From: Candidatus Bathyarchaeota archaeon
GTDB taxonomy: Archaea > Thermoproteota > Bathyarchaeia > Bathyarchaeales > Bathycorpusculaceae
Length of the DNA stretch: 64,000 nt
Reading direction: 5' to 3'
Assembly (NCBI GenBank): GCA_963739305.1
Contig: CAVTZU010000010.1
Span: forward strand, 53,279-117,278
Under the pieces are notes generated by a model. That model saw only the letters and a program-made list of their open reading frames with translations. It had not been told where the DNA came from and searched no databases. Below are positions 1-9,087 of this stretch, in pieces. The position numbers and the translations under genes were made by a program. Within the stretch, counting starts at the first letter, position 1; each line of letters opens with the position of its first letter.

Positions 1-1
1 C

Positions 2-220
2 ATCTTTGACCCATCGGGAGGCTATGTAGCGGGAGCTGTTTACGCGAATGTTAATTCAGGTGCTCTGATGGCGTTGGGGCTAACACGAAGCCCTGACATC
101 AGAATAACAGCGCTTGGCCTTCTCCAGCACTTTAAGCCCAGACTTTATCGCTCCGACTACAGCGCGGTAGCGACTTCAAAACTGGTTGTTCTCCAGTTAG
201 GACAGATGGGAGGAACCTAG
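2..220 (+). CDS. 3' end of an upstream gene (partial), probably pilus-locus associated
   Basis: Frame 2 is open from the window start (IFDPSGGY...KLVVLQLGQMGGT*) to TAG at 218-220, 1 nt before the next ATG. Confidence 0.6.
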   Translation: MFDPSGGYVAGAVYANVNSGALMALGLTRSPDIRITALGLLQHFKPRLYRSDYSAVATSKLVVLQLGQMGGT

Positions 221-221
221 C

Positions 222-2996
222 ATGAACAACCGCGGACAATTCTCAATCATTGCCGCTCTGCTTGTAGCAGTGGTGCTCATAGCAACTGTCGTGGCCACGT
301 ACTCGAGTATCCGCAACAGCACACTTCCCGAGCAACCCCCTATCCAGAGCGCCATAGACGAAACCAACTTAGCCGTGAAAGAGATCTTAGGTTTCACAGT
401 TGGTTACTACGATTCGATTCTGAAGAGTACGGGAAACCAAACGTATGCACAGCAACTTGCTATAAACTATCTTGAAGGCGGACTAGAGTACACCGCAAAC
501 ACACACCCAGATTGGGGAACATCATTTAACGTTACAAACTCTCAGTTATTGACAGTCTGGTATTCAAGCGCCAGCTTTAGTTCCGGCAACCTCACAGTTA
601 ACTACAACCTGACAGGCCTCGGAATATACGGCATAACATACAACACCTTTTGCAGCCTGCAGGTGCAGGTTTTGCCGACCGTAAACGATGAAGCTTACGT
701 CAGCGTCACGATGGACGGAAGTGAGCCCCTCGTGAACCTCGGTGGAAACAACTTCAACTTCTACCGCTACGAAACTGCCAGCTACGATTGGAACCTGATC
801 AACCCAACCGGCAATCTCCTATCGTATTCCAACGGAACTTATCAGATTGACATACCATCAGGGGTAGACGTCAACTCTTACCTGGTTCAAGTTGAGGATC
901 AGAGAGGAATAATGGTTGTGGCATCCTCTTTCAACACCTACACCTGCAGCTTGACATGGACCGCTCCTTCGAACATCACTGTGACACCGACACAGCATTA
1001 TGTGGACAACAATAGTTCAGACGTTGATTCTTCCCCCAACATAGGCATCCAAAGCAACTTCACGGCAATGCAAAGTGGACCAAACGGAGTAACGGACACG
1101 TTAACAGAAGGCATCACAACTGCAGCGGTTCCAGAGACATGGGTTTCACCGTTCCAATACGAAGGAAGTGGATGGTCAAACGCACCCTATGCTTATGACA
1201 AGAACAATCTCACAGCAGCTTCGGAATCGATCAGTAAGAACAAGTGGAGTGATTATCTGATCTTAGACACAAGCGCAGTGAGTTGCCACAAGATTAGTTA
1301 TATAATTAACTGGGACCCGCAAATCGATGAAATTCAGGTTTCAATCTACAACGGTGCATGGATAAATGTGTATGACGGCAACGGCGCTGGAATGAACAAC
1401 GTGTGGACGAATCAGAGTTTCTCTGAAACCTCAGTGACAAAGATGGAATTCCGTTTCCATAACGGTGACAAAAGCGATGCTCATAACGCATATGTCTATG
1501 AAGCCCAATTCCTTCAAAGCGCTACACCCCAAAACTGTCGGTTGGACATAGAGGCCCAATGGACAAATGTCAACCTCACACAACCGAATCAATGGTTGTG
1601 CATTTACGGAGGAACAATGTCCGCAGAGGACATCAGAGTAGACGTGAGAAATGGTTCAACCTGGATAAACCTGTTCACCGACCTGGTCAGCGGATGGAAC
1701 AACATCTCAGTCTCACAATACGTAAATTCCCCGACATTTACGATAAGATTCAAAGACGGCACTCAGACCTCAGACCCTGTTCAAGACAGTTGGCAGATAG
1801 ACGCCGCGCTCCTCCAATCCGGAACAGCGACAATGGCGAGCGCTGGAACCAGCGACACTATCGTTGCTGAGCTGCTGCAGAACGGGGCAATACGATGGCT
1901 TGGACAAAACCTACAGCTCACCGTGCAGGCCAAACCTATTCCGCCGATACCGGTGAAATCGATCCACGTGAACGAAACCATAGCTAACATAACCTCTGAG
2001 GTGCCATTCCAAATTGAAGACTGGGCTTCGGCGTATACAATACCAATGGGGCTCACGAACAATGCGAGCGTTTTCAGTGGGACAAACATGATTGTCTTCC
2101 TCGCCAATTCAAATGTTCAACAAGTCACGATTTGGTGGAATGGAAGCGACACAGCTATTCAGACACCTAACGCATATACGGACAAATACTTCACCGGCGA
2201 CAATATCGCTAACGGTTTCTTGACGAATGGCATTCTCAGCCTAAGCATAGATGGTTCTTTCAGAGTTACATCAACACAAAACAGTGCGACTGCTACAGCA
2301 ACGTTTATGCGAATCAATGGGCAAGCCAGCACGTACGGATCAATTCCGACTTACTCAATCTACCACGGCATAGTCAGGGACATCGTCCATCAAGAAGCAG
2401 AATGGAGCAACGGAGCACCCAACTGTCCAAACCTGTACGCACACATAGTCTTGACGTTACCCGCAAACGCAACCTACTACACGTACCAGCTAAGACTGAT
2501 GTTCGAAAACTCACCGCAGACCAGAAGCATAACAGATCTCTGTCCCTTAAGTCTAGCAACCTCTATAGGAGGACCTGAAACAGAGGATGGAGTCTTGGCT
2601 GGGAACCCGAACCCATCGAACTCAACAGGCTTGTACTACAATCAATCCGCGTCTAATTGGGCACACCACTGGAGCCAATTCATCCAAGGAACAAAGGGCG
2701 CGGGAATCATGTTCACAGACAACGCCAATCAAGAACTCTATGTCTTTGATAACATCGCCGGCAACTCGACGGGAGCAATCAAAGTTTCTAACTCCTCGAG
2801 CAACGTGATTGAACTTCAACCTGTGTCGAATCTGAAATCGGCCAGCTTCACTTATCCGTTGGACGTAATTTGGTACGGTGCAGTAGCAACGTTTGACGGG
2901 AAAACTCCGATTTATGAACAGGTAAGTGGCGTCAGCACAGGCTTGTGGTTGCTTGTCGAGTATCCGCCAACGGTTACGATTACAACAGGAAACTAG
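222..2996 (+). CDS. Giant (924 aa) class III signal-peptide (pilin-like) surface protein
   Basis: N-terminus MNNRG|QFSIIAALLVAVVLI; Asn/Ser/Thr-rich beta-type body with many N-x-S/T sequons; next to a pilin and a prepilin peptidase. Confidence 0.75.
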   Translation: MNNRGQFSIIAALLVAVVLIATVVATYSSIRNSTLPEQPPIQSAIDETNLAVKEILGFTVGYYDSILKSTGNQTYAQQLAINYLEGGLEYTANTHPDWGTSFNVTNSQLLTVWYSSASFSSGNLTVNYNLTGLGIYGITYNTFCSLQVQVLPTVNDEAYVSVTMDGSEPLVNLGGNNFNFYRYETASYDWNLINPTGNLLSYSNGTYQIDIPSGVDVNSYLVQVEDQRGIMVVASSFNTYTCSLTWTAPSNITVTPTQHYVDNNSSDVDSSPNIGIQSNFTAMQSGPNGVTDTLTEGITTAAVPETWVSPFQYEGSGWSNAPYAYDKNNLTAASESISKNKWSDYLILDTSAVSCHKISYIINWDPQIDEIQVSIYNGAWINVYDGNGAGMNNVWTNQSFSETSVTKMEFRFHNGDKSDAHNAYVYEAQFLQSATPQNCRLDIEAQWTNVNLTQPNQWLCIYGGTMSAEDIRVDVRNGSTWINLFTDLVSGWNNISVSQYVNSPTFTIRFKDGTQTSDPVQDSWQIDAALLQSGTATMASAGTSDTIVAELLQNGAIRWLGQNLQLTVQAKPIPPIPVKSIHVNETIANITSEVPFQIEDWASAYTIPMGLTNNASVFSGTNMIVFLANSNVQQVTIWWNGSDTAIQTPNAYTDKYFTGDNIANGFLTNGILSLSIDGSFRVTSTQNSATATATFMRINGQASTYGSIPTYSIYHGIVRDIVHQEAEWSNGAPNCPNLYAHIVLTLPANATYYTYQLRLMFENSPQTRSITDLCPLSLATSIGGPETEDGVLAGNPNPSNSTGLYYNQSASNWAHHWSQFIQGTKGAGIMFTDNANQELYVFDNIAGNSTGAIKVSNSSSNVIELQPVSNLKSASFTYPLDVIWYGAVATFDGKTPIYEQVSGVSTGLWLLVEYPPTVTITTGN

Positions 2997-3112
2997 TTGG
3001 TGCCCAACATGGTTGAATTGATTGCTCAGGTTACTTATGATCTGAATTTCAGGTTCACACAGGTTAAATATACAATCGCAAGATTTCATAGACAAAAGAA
3101 AGGTGAGAATAC

Positions 3113-3550
3113 TTGATAACCAAAACGGGAAAATCAAGAAAGGCCATATCCCCAATACTCGCAACTCTCTTATTGGTCGTCATAGCCGTTGCTGCAATCG
3201 TCGTGACCTATGCTTGGATTATGACTTATATGAACAACGCCGGGCAACAGGCAGGCGTCATGCTCTACAAAGCAAACGTGAACTTCTACAACGCTAGCGG
3301 CACCAAGAGAATCGACGTTGACATAGGCAACTCAGGAACCTCAGACACCACGCTAACGAAATTCTACATCGGACTCTCGACCTCGAATCTCGAGAACCAG
3401 ACAATTGCCCCTCAATCACTCGTGCACGGCGGAACAGCAACGATAACGATTGACTATAACTGGACAACAGGAACGACATACTACTTCAAAGTGATTTCCG
3501 ACAAAGGACAGACAATCGATTGGCCACAACAAGCACCGTCTACAGCATAG
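3113..3550 (+). CDS. Archaeal type IV pilin/archaellin-like protein
   Basis: RKA|ISPILATLLLVVIAVAAIVV class III signal; AAGGTGA SD-like site before the TTG; TATA-like TTAAATA at about 3064. Confidence 0.88.
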   Translation: MITKTGKSRKAISPILATLLLVVIAVAAIVVTYAWIMTYMNNAGQQAGVMLYKANVNFYNASGTKRIDVDIGNSGTSDTTLTKFYIGLSTSNLENQTIAPQSLVHGGTATITIDYNWTTGTTYYFKVISDKGQTIDWPQQAPSTA

Positions 3551-3659
3551 CGACATGATTCAAAGTATCGAAGGCTTCGGATGGAAGCCAACCTTCATCT
3601 TCTGAAAGAAGTCAAAAACTAAATAAACAAACAGTGACTCACGCATAGCATCTTGAAAG

Positions 3660-4475
3660 GTGCCCGGTTTGCTATCTTTCGACGCTGCAAGAACTGGCCT
3701 AGTCGTTCTTTTTTTCCTGTACTCTGCGTGGAGCGACTACAAATCTCGCGAAGTCAGCGACAAAGTCTGGATAGTTCTCGCCCCGCTTTCGTTAGGGCTA
3801 ACACTCGCAGAGTTCACTTTGTACGAACCATCCCAACTTGTCTCCTATGGCATATGCTTCGGGTTGACTTCAGTTTTTGCAATTATCCTCTTCTACACGG
3901 GAGGATTCGGAGGAGCAGACGCCAAAGCTCTCATGTGCCTCGCGTTAGCTTTGCCCTTCTACCCTGAACAACTCCTCACTCCCGTGGCGGGCCCACCTTC
4001 GCCGATTTCAACGAGCTTTTTCCCAATAACGGTCTTCAGCAACTCCGTGCTTTTCGCAGCCTTCAGCGCCGTTGCATTGCTCGGCTACAACGTGATTCAG
4101 CGCATGAAAACAAAAGAACCATTCTTTGAAGGAGATCTCGGAAGCGAATCTCTCGGAAAGAAAATCACCGTCATGATAACAGGCTACAAAGCTTCATACC
4201 TTAAGCTGAAGGAAAAATGGCACATTTACCCGATGGAAGACGTGGAAGAAACCTCAGATAAAGCGTTCAAAAGAAAACTGGTTATCCTTCCAAGGGATGA
4301 AGGCCGAGAGAAAATAGTGGAAAGACTAGGCACGGCTATGAGCGCGGGCATAATCAAAGACAAAGTTTGGGCAACTCCAGGCTTGCCGATGCTAATATTC
4401 GTGACTGCGGGACTAATCGTCGCCCTGTTTTTCGGAGACATCGTCTGGATCTGTGTACGTCTCCTTCTCAGGTGA
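3660..4475 (+). CDS. A24 family prepilin/preflagellin peptidase (PibD/FlaK/EppA-like)
   Basis: Multi-TM protein with SDYKSREV and GGADAK catalytic Asp motifs and a C-terminal WATPGLP. Confidence 0.9.
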   Translation: MPGLLSFDAARTGLVVLFFLYSAWSDYKSREVSDKVWIVLAPLSLGLTLAEFTLYEPSQLVSYGICFGLTSVFAIILFYTGGFGGADAKALMCLALALPFYPEQLLTPVAGPPSPISTSFFPITVFSNSVLFAAFSAVALLGYNVIQRMKTKEPFFEGDLGSESLGKKITVMITGYKASYLKLKEKWHIYPMEDVEETSDKAFKRKLVILPRDEGREKIVERLGTAMSAGIIKDKVWATPGLPMLIFVTAGLIVALFFGDIVWICVRLLLR

Positions 4476-4544
4476 AGTCGCCTACTTTTTAAAGGTGCAA
4501 ATCCTTGATCAATAAGCAACTCACTGCAGAAACGATGTGAAAAA

Positions 4545-5901
4545 TTGCCTAAACTCTTCGGAAGCTCAGGAGTTCGCGGTCTGGTAAACGTGGACCTCAC
4601 CCCAACTTTCGCATCGCGAATAGGCGCAGCAATCGCGACACAATCTAAAGCCAAGAGAGCGCTGGTGGCGCGGGACACGAGAACCTCAGGTCTCATGCTT
4701 GAAAACGCTTTGACCTCAGGGCTGATGGCAAGCGGAGTAGAATGTGACTCACATGGGAATAGTCCCGACTCCCGTGCTAGCTTTTATGACGAGAAAAATG
4801 AACGCAGACGTAGGCGTAATGATCACTGCTTCACACAATCCGCCGCGGTACAACGGAATCAAAATCTTCAACTCGGACGGCATGTCGTACACAGAAAAGG
4901 ATGAGAAAAAAATTGAAAGAACCCTCACTCGCAGACGATTTAGTCTTGCAGACTGGCAGAACATCGGCGAAACCAAACGATCAGAAGACTCGCTGGCCTA
5001 CCTAGAGGAGATAGAACGAGCTGTCAAACTCTACCGAAAATGGAACATAGTTGTTGATCCAGGTTGCGGAGCCACTTTTGATATTGCGCCAAGACTTCTT
5101 AAGAACTTGGGCTGCAGAGTGATTCCACTCAACGCTCAACCAGACGGTTTCTTTCCGGCCAGAAGTCCCGAGCCTAATGAACACTCCCTGAAATCACTTG
5201 CCGCGACGGTTGAAACTATCGGTGCAGACCTGGGCATTGCTTACGACGGAGACGGGGATCGAGTGGCGTTCATAGATGAAAAAGGCAGGGTCGTAGACTT
5301 CGATCGTGTCTTAGCGGCGTACGCGGCCTATGTAGCCAAAAAAAACGACGGTGGACTCGTAGTGACAAATGTGGAGGCCTCAATGTGCATAGAGAAAATG
5401 GTGCAGCGACACGGCGCGAAGGTGATGAGAACGAAAGTTGGAGACGTGTATTTGTCAGAAGCAATGAAAAAGAACAATGCAATTTTTGGAGGAGAACCCT
5501 GCGGAGCCTGGATACATCCACAATTCCATTATTGCCCAGACGGCATTCTATCTTCAGCCCTGCTTCTCAAAGCTCTTGAAGACGAAAACAGAAAACTGAC
5601 AGAGATGATCGCGGAGACACCAAAATACCAGACCTTGAGAAGAAACGTAGCTTGCCCAAATGAAGCAAAGTACGAGATTGTAAAGAGTTTCAGTGAAAAC
5701 TTTAGGAACGTTTTTCCACATGCGAACACTGTTTCAAAGGTTGACGGCATTCGAATATCGTTTGAAGACGGATGGATTCTAATCAGGGCATCCGGAACAG
5801 AACCTTTGGTCAGACTTACAGTTGAGGGTGAATCGTTAAAAACAGCAAAGAACATAATGAAAAAGGGTCTAATGCTAATCAAGAAATCGCTGGAAAAGTG
5901 A
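4545..5901 (+). CDS. glmM: Phosphoglucosamine mutase/phosphohexomutase, split by a +1 frameshift at about 4740
   Basis: KLFGSSGVRG in ORF 4545-4904; ITASHNP, DGDGDR and RASGTEP in ORF 4744-5901. Removing one base at GGAGTAGAATGTG restores SGVNVTHMGIVPTP. Confidence 0.85.
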
Positions 5902-5907
5902 AATGAA

Positions 5908-7176
5908 TTGAAAGCAGCAGTTCTCGCCGCCGGAGAGGGAGTACGACTCCAACCACTAACAGCGACCAGGCCAAAACACCTGATCAAGGTCGGTGGAAAA
6001 CCAATACTTGAACACTGCCTCAACACGTTGAAAGCTGCCGGAGTGAAGGAAGTTGTCATCGTTGTCAACTACATGGCAGACTCGATACGAACGTATTTTG
6101 GCGATGGAAAAAAGTACGGTATTGAGATCCAGTACGTTGAACAGAAAGGCGTGCTGGGAACAGGCAACGCTGTGAGTGTTGTTGAACCCTTCATGCCAAA
6201 GGACTTTGTCGTCGTCAACGGAGACATGCTTTTCGATGCGGAAGCCGTGAAAACGGTCATTGAATCGCATCAGAAGGAGACGCCGTCCGCCACTCTTGCC
6301 GTTGTTCCCGTCGAAAAACCAGAAAACTACGGCATCGTCGAGCTTGATGGTAACAAGGTGAAGAGAATAGTTGAGAAACCCCTGCCCAACCAGGCCCCAA
6401 CCAACCTTGCAAACGCAGGCATCTACGTGTTTTCCCCAGAAATCTTTGGGAAGATTAACCAGACATCACCGTCATCCAGGGGTGAATGGGAAATACCGGA
6501 TGCACTGACGCTTCTGATTGGCGAAAACAGACTGGTGACAGCCGTCAAGCTCGATTCCAAACAGTGGCTTGACATAGGAAGACCGTGGGACTTGCTTGAG
6601 GCAAATCGATGGGTGCTGACCAGAATCAGGCACCGAATAAGCGGGTTAATTGAAAACGGAGCACACCTGCTTGGACCAGTGACCGTTGCAGAGACGGCAA
6701 AAGTGCGCTCAGGAGCTTACGTTGAAGGCCCAGCCTACATTGATGAAGAAAGCGACATCGGCCCGAACTGCTACGTTCGCCCTTACACGAGTATCGGAAG
6801 AAAAGTCAGGATTGGAAACGCCTGCGAAATCAAGAACAGCATAGTTATGGATAATTGCCACATCGGTCATCTTTCCTACGTTGGCGACAGCATAATCGGG
6901 GAAAATTGCAACTTCGGAGCAGGCACCATAACGGCCAACTACAGGCTTGATGCCAAAGAAGTCAAGATGATGATCAAAGACAAAGTGGTAGAGACTGGAA
7001 GAAAAAAACTCGGCGTCATAATGGGTGACGGCGTCAAGACTGGAATCAATGCACTTTTCATGCCTGGCGTCAAAGTCGGAAATGACAGTTGGATAGGCCC
7101 GAATGTCTTGGTTCAACGAGACTTGCCACGCAAAAGTGTTGTTCTGCTGAAGCAAGACTTGAAGCAAGAAATCTGA
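5908..7176 (+). CDS. glmU: Bifunctional sugar-1-phosphate nucleotidylyltransferase/acetyltransferase (archaeal GlmU)
   Basis: LAAGEGVRLQPLT..RPK nucleotidyltransferase motif plus C-terminal hexapeptide repeats (HLSYVGDS); follows glmM. Confidence 0.88.
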   Translation: MKAAVLAAGEGVRLQPLTATRPKHLIKVGGKPILEHCLNTLKAAGVKEVVIVVNYMADSIRTYFGDGKKYGIEIQYVEQKGVLGTGNAVSVVEPFMPKDFVVVNGDMLFDAEAVKTVIESHQKETPSATLAVVPVEKPENYGIVELDGNKVKRIVEKPLPNQAPTNLANAGIYVFSPEIFGKINQTSPSSRGEWEIPDALTLLIGENRLVTAVKLDSKQWLDIGRPWDLLEANRWVLTRIRHRISGLIENGAHLLGPVTVAETAKVRSGAYVEGPAYIDEESDIGPNCYVRPYTSIGRKVRIGNACEIKNSIVMDNCHIGHLSYVGDSIIGENCNFGAGTITANYRLDAKEVKMMIKDKVVETGRKKLGVIMGDGVKTGINALFMPGVKVGNDSWIGPNVLVQRDLPRKSVVLLKQDLKQEI

Positions 7177-7244
7177 GTTGTTGTGGAAATCTTCCGAAAA
7201 CGATAAAAAGTCAGGACGCTGTTTCATTTGCAAGACGAAGGCCT

Positions 7245-7745
7245 ATGAAAGAAGAAAAAATGACGAAGCTCATACGGGAGCTGCTTCGGGATTCGAGAAG
7301 AAGCGACAGAGAGCTTGCAAGAGCAATTGGGGCTTCTCAACCAACCGTGACAAGAAACAGGAAACTGCTTGCTAACTACATCAGAAGTTACACGATTGTG
7401 CCCGAATTCGAAAAAGTTGGTTATGAAATCTTTGCCATCACTTTTGCTAAGGCTAAGACATACGAACGAGGGAAGGTTGATCAGAAACTGAATGTAGCAA
7501 CGAAATGGGTTATGAACCACCCGAACATCTTCTTCGCTTCTGATGGAGAAGGTCTTGGGAAGGACGCGGTCATCGTTTCCGTCCATAAAAACTATTCCAA
7601 ATATGCGGATTTCATGAGGGATTACACGGTGACCTTCGCAGACTTCATAACCGACGTTCAATCGTTCGTGGTCAGCCTGAAAACAGGAATAGTGATGAAA
7701 CCGTTTGACATCAAGTACATTGCTGAAGACGTAGAGATCACCTGA
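7245..7745 (+). CDS. Lrp/AsnC family transcriptional regulator
   Basis: HTH LLRDSRRSDRELARAIGASQPTVTR; start moved to ATG 7245 to avoid overlapping glmU. Confidence 0.85.
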   Translation: MKEEKMTKLIRELLRDSRRSDRELARAIGASQPTVTRNRKLLANYIRSYTIVPEFEKVGYEIFAITFAKAKTYERGKVDQKLNVATKWVMNHPNIFFASDGEGLGKDAVIVSVHKNYSKYADFMRDYTVTFADFITDVQSFVVSLKTGIVMKPFDIKYIAEDVEIT

Positions 7746-7823
7746 GCCACTTCAGAATTGCTGCTCCCTTAAAGTCCTAAATAGTTGTTTTGCTGATTCA
7801 TAATCAGAAATGGAGGTTTCGAA

Positions 7824-8252
7824 GTGTCAGTGGCTCAAAGGAAATACTTCACAGAAATATCAGCACTAGCAGACAAGAACGTCAACGTCGTTACTTCGAA
7901 TGGCAAAAGGTTCAGAGGCGTTTTGATCGGTATTAATCCCGACAATTTGAGCTTGTGCCTTTCAGATGCCAAGGACGAGGAAGGAAAAGTCATGCATAGG
8001 ATTTTCCTCAACGGAAGCACTGTGACCCAAATATTCACAGTTGAAAAGCCTTTCGACCTGAAGGCATTAGCTGAACGCCTTGAAAAGGTGTTTCCAACAA
8101 TGGTCAGGCTTTATGACGACAAAGGCTTCATTTGGGTAATGGATAAAGTCAAAATTACCGAAAAAGGCGTCGTCGAAGGCTCGGGTCCCGCAGCTGAACG
8201 AGTGCAAAAAGTCTACGAACAATTCATGGGTGAAGTCAAGGGCAAGACCTAA
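7824..8252 (+). CDS. Lsm/Sm-like RNA-binding protein with C-terminal domain (SmAP3-like)
   Basis: Sm1 motif V.VVTSNGKRFRGVLIG...NLSLCLSDA plus C-terminal GSGPAAERV; GGAGG SD upstream. Confidence 0.82.
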   Translation: MSVAQRKYFTEISALADKNVNVVTSNGKRFRGVLIGINPDNLSLCLSDAKDEEGKVMHRIFLNGSTVTQIFTVEKPFDLKALAERLEKVFPTMVRLYDDKGFIWVMDKVKITEKGVVEGSGPAAERVQKVYEQFMGEVKGKT

Positions 8253-9001
8253 ATAAACCAACGAAACTGCTGTTCTTCCCTCTTCTTTTCTTCTCCGACA
8301 TTCCTTATCAGGCCGAAAGACTCCAAAATCTTCTTGGTTTCTTCCGCAGCCAAATTCAACCTTGACAGGTCGGTGTCAACGTTTACCGACTTTTTCAGAA
8401 CCGACAGCGCTGCCCGAGTCGCTTCCACATCGGGATAAGTTCCCAAAGTGTCCACAAGTAAAGAGAAACTCTTCATTCCCCTAAGCCTCGCCAACCCGAC
8501 CATGATTCCTGCTATTCCAAAGACCTGCCCAACCATTATCTTCGTCCCCAATTCCAACAGCTTCTGGAGAGTTTCATGGTCAGAAGCTGCACAGTAGACC
8601 TGAGGGGGGGTCTTGACTTCCTCCTGCCTGAAACCGCCCAAGGTTATGACGTGCTTGCACTCCAGGTCTCTTGCGATGTCCAGAACGCGACCGCAAAGTT
8701 CGTACTGTCCTCCCGTGGTCAGAGCCTGGGTGTTTCCGTACCATATGACTATATCGCGTTCACCTTTTTTGTCGATGCCATAGTAGAGCTCGTTTATCGG
8801 TGAGAGAGTTCTTCCCCCTGCGGTCGTGACTGCCAAATCTTGAAAAGCCGAAGAATGAATCTCGGCGAAACGCGTGGCCTGAAACTCATTTATTAGATGA
8901 AGAGCTGCAATATTGGCCACAAACCCTATGCCTGGTAAACCCTCGATTAACAACGGGTTCTTGAGCTTGGGCTTTTCAAACATCTCGACCAGGCAAACCA
9001 T
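8249..9001 (-). CDS. PAC2 family proteasome assembly chaperone
   Basis: LIEGLPGIGFVANIAA, ITLGG and YPD motifs. Confidence 0.88.
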   Translation of the reverse strand: MVCLVEMFEKPKLKNPLLIEGLPGIGFVANIAALHLINEFQATRFAEIHSSAFQDLAVTTAGGRTLSPINELYYGIDKKGERDIVIWYGNTQALTTGGQYELCGRVLDIARDLECKHVITLGGFRQEEVKTPPQVYCAASDHETLQKLLELGTKIMVGQVFGIAGIMVGLARLRGMKSFSLLVDTLGTYPDVEATRAALSVLKKSVNVDTDLSRLNLAAEETKKILESFGLIRNVGEEKKREEQQFRWFI

Positions 9002-9087
9002 TTGACCGATTTCCTTTTTGCGGGTGAACGTAGTAGATAAAAAAAACGATGGTATAAGTGTGTTTTGATGGGCGAGAAGAACGGTGA

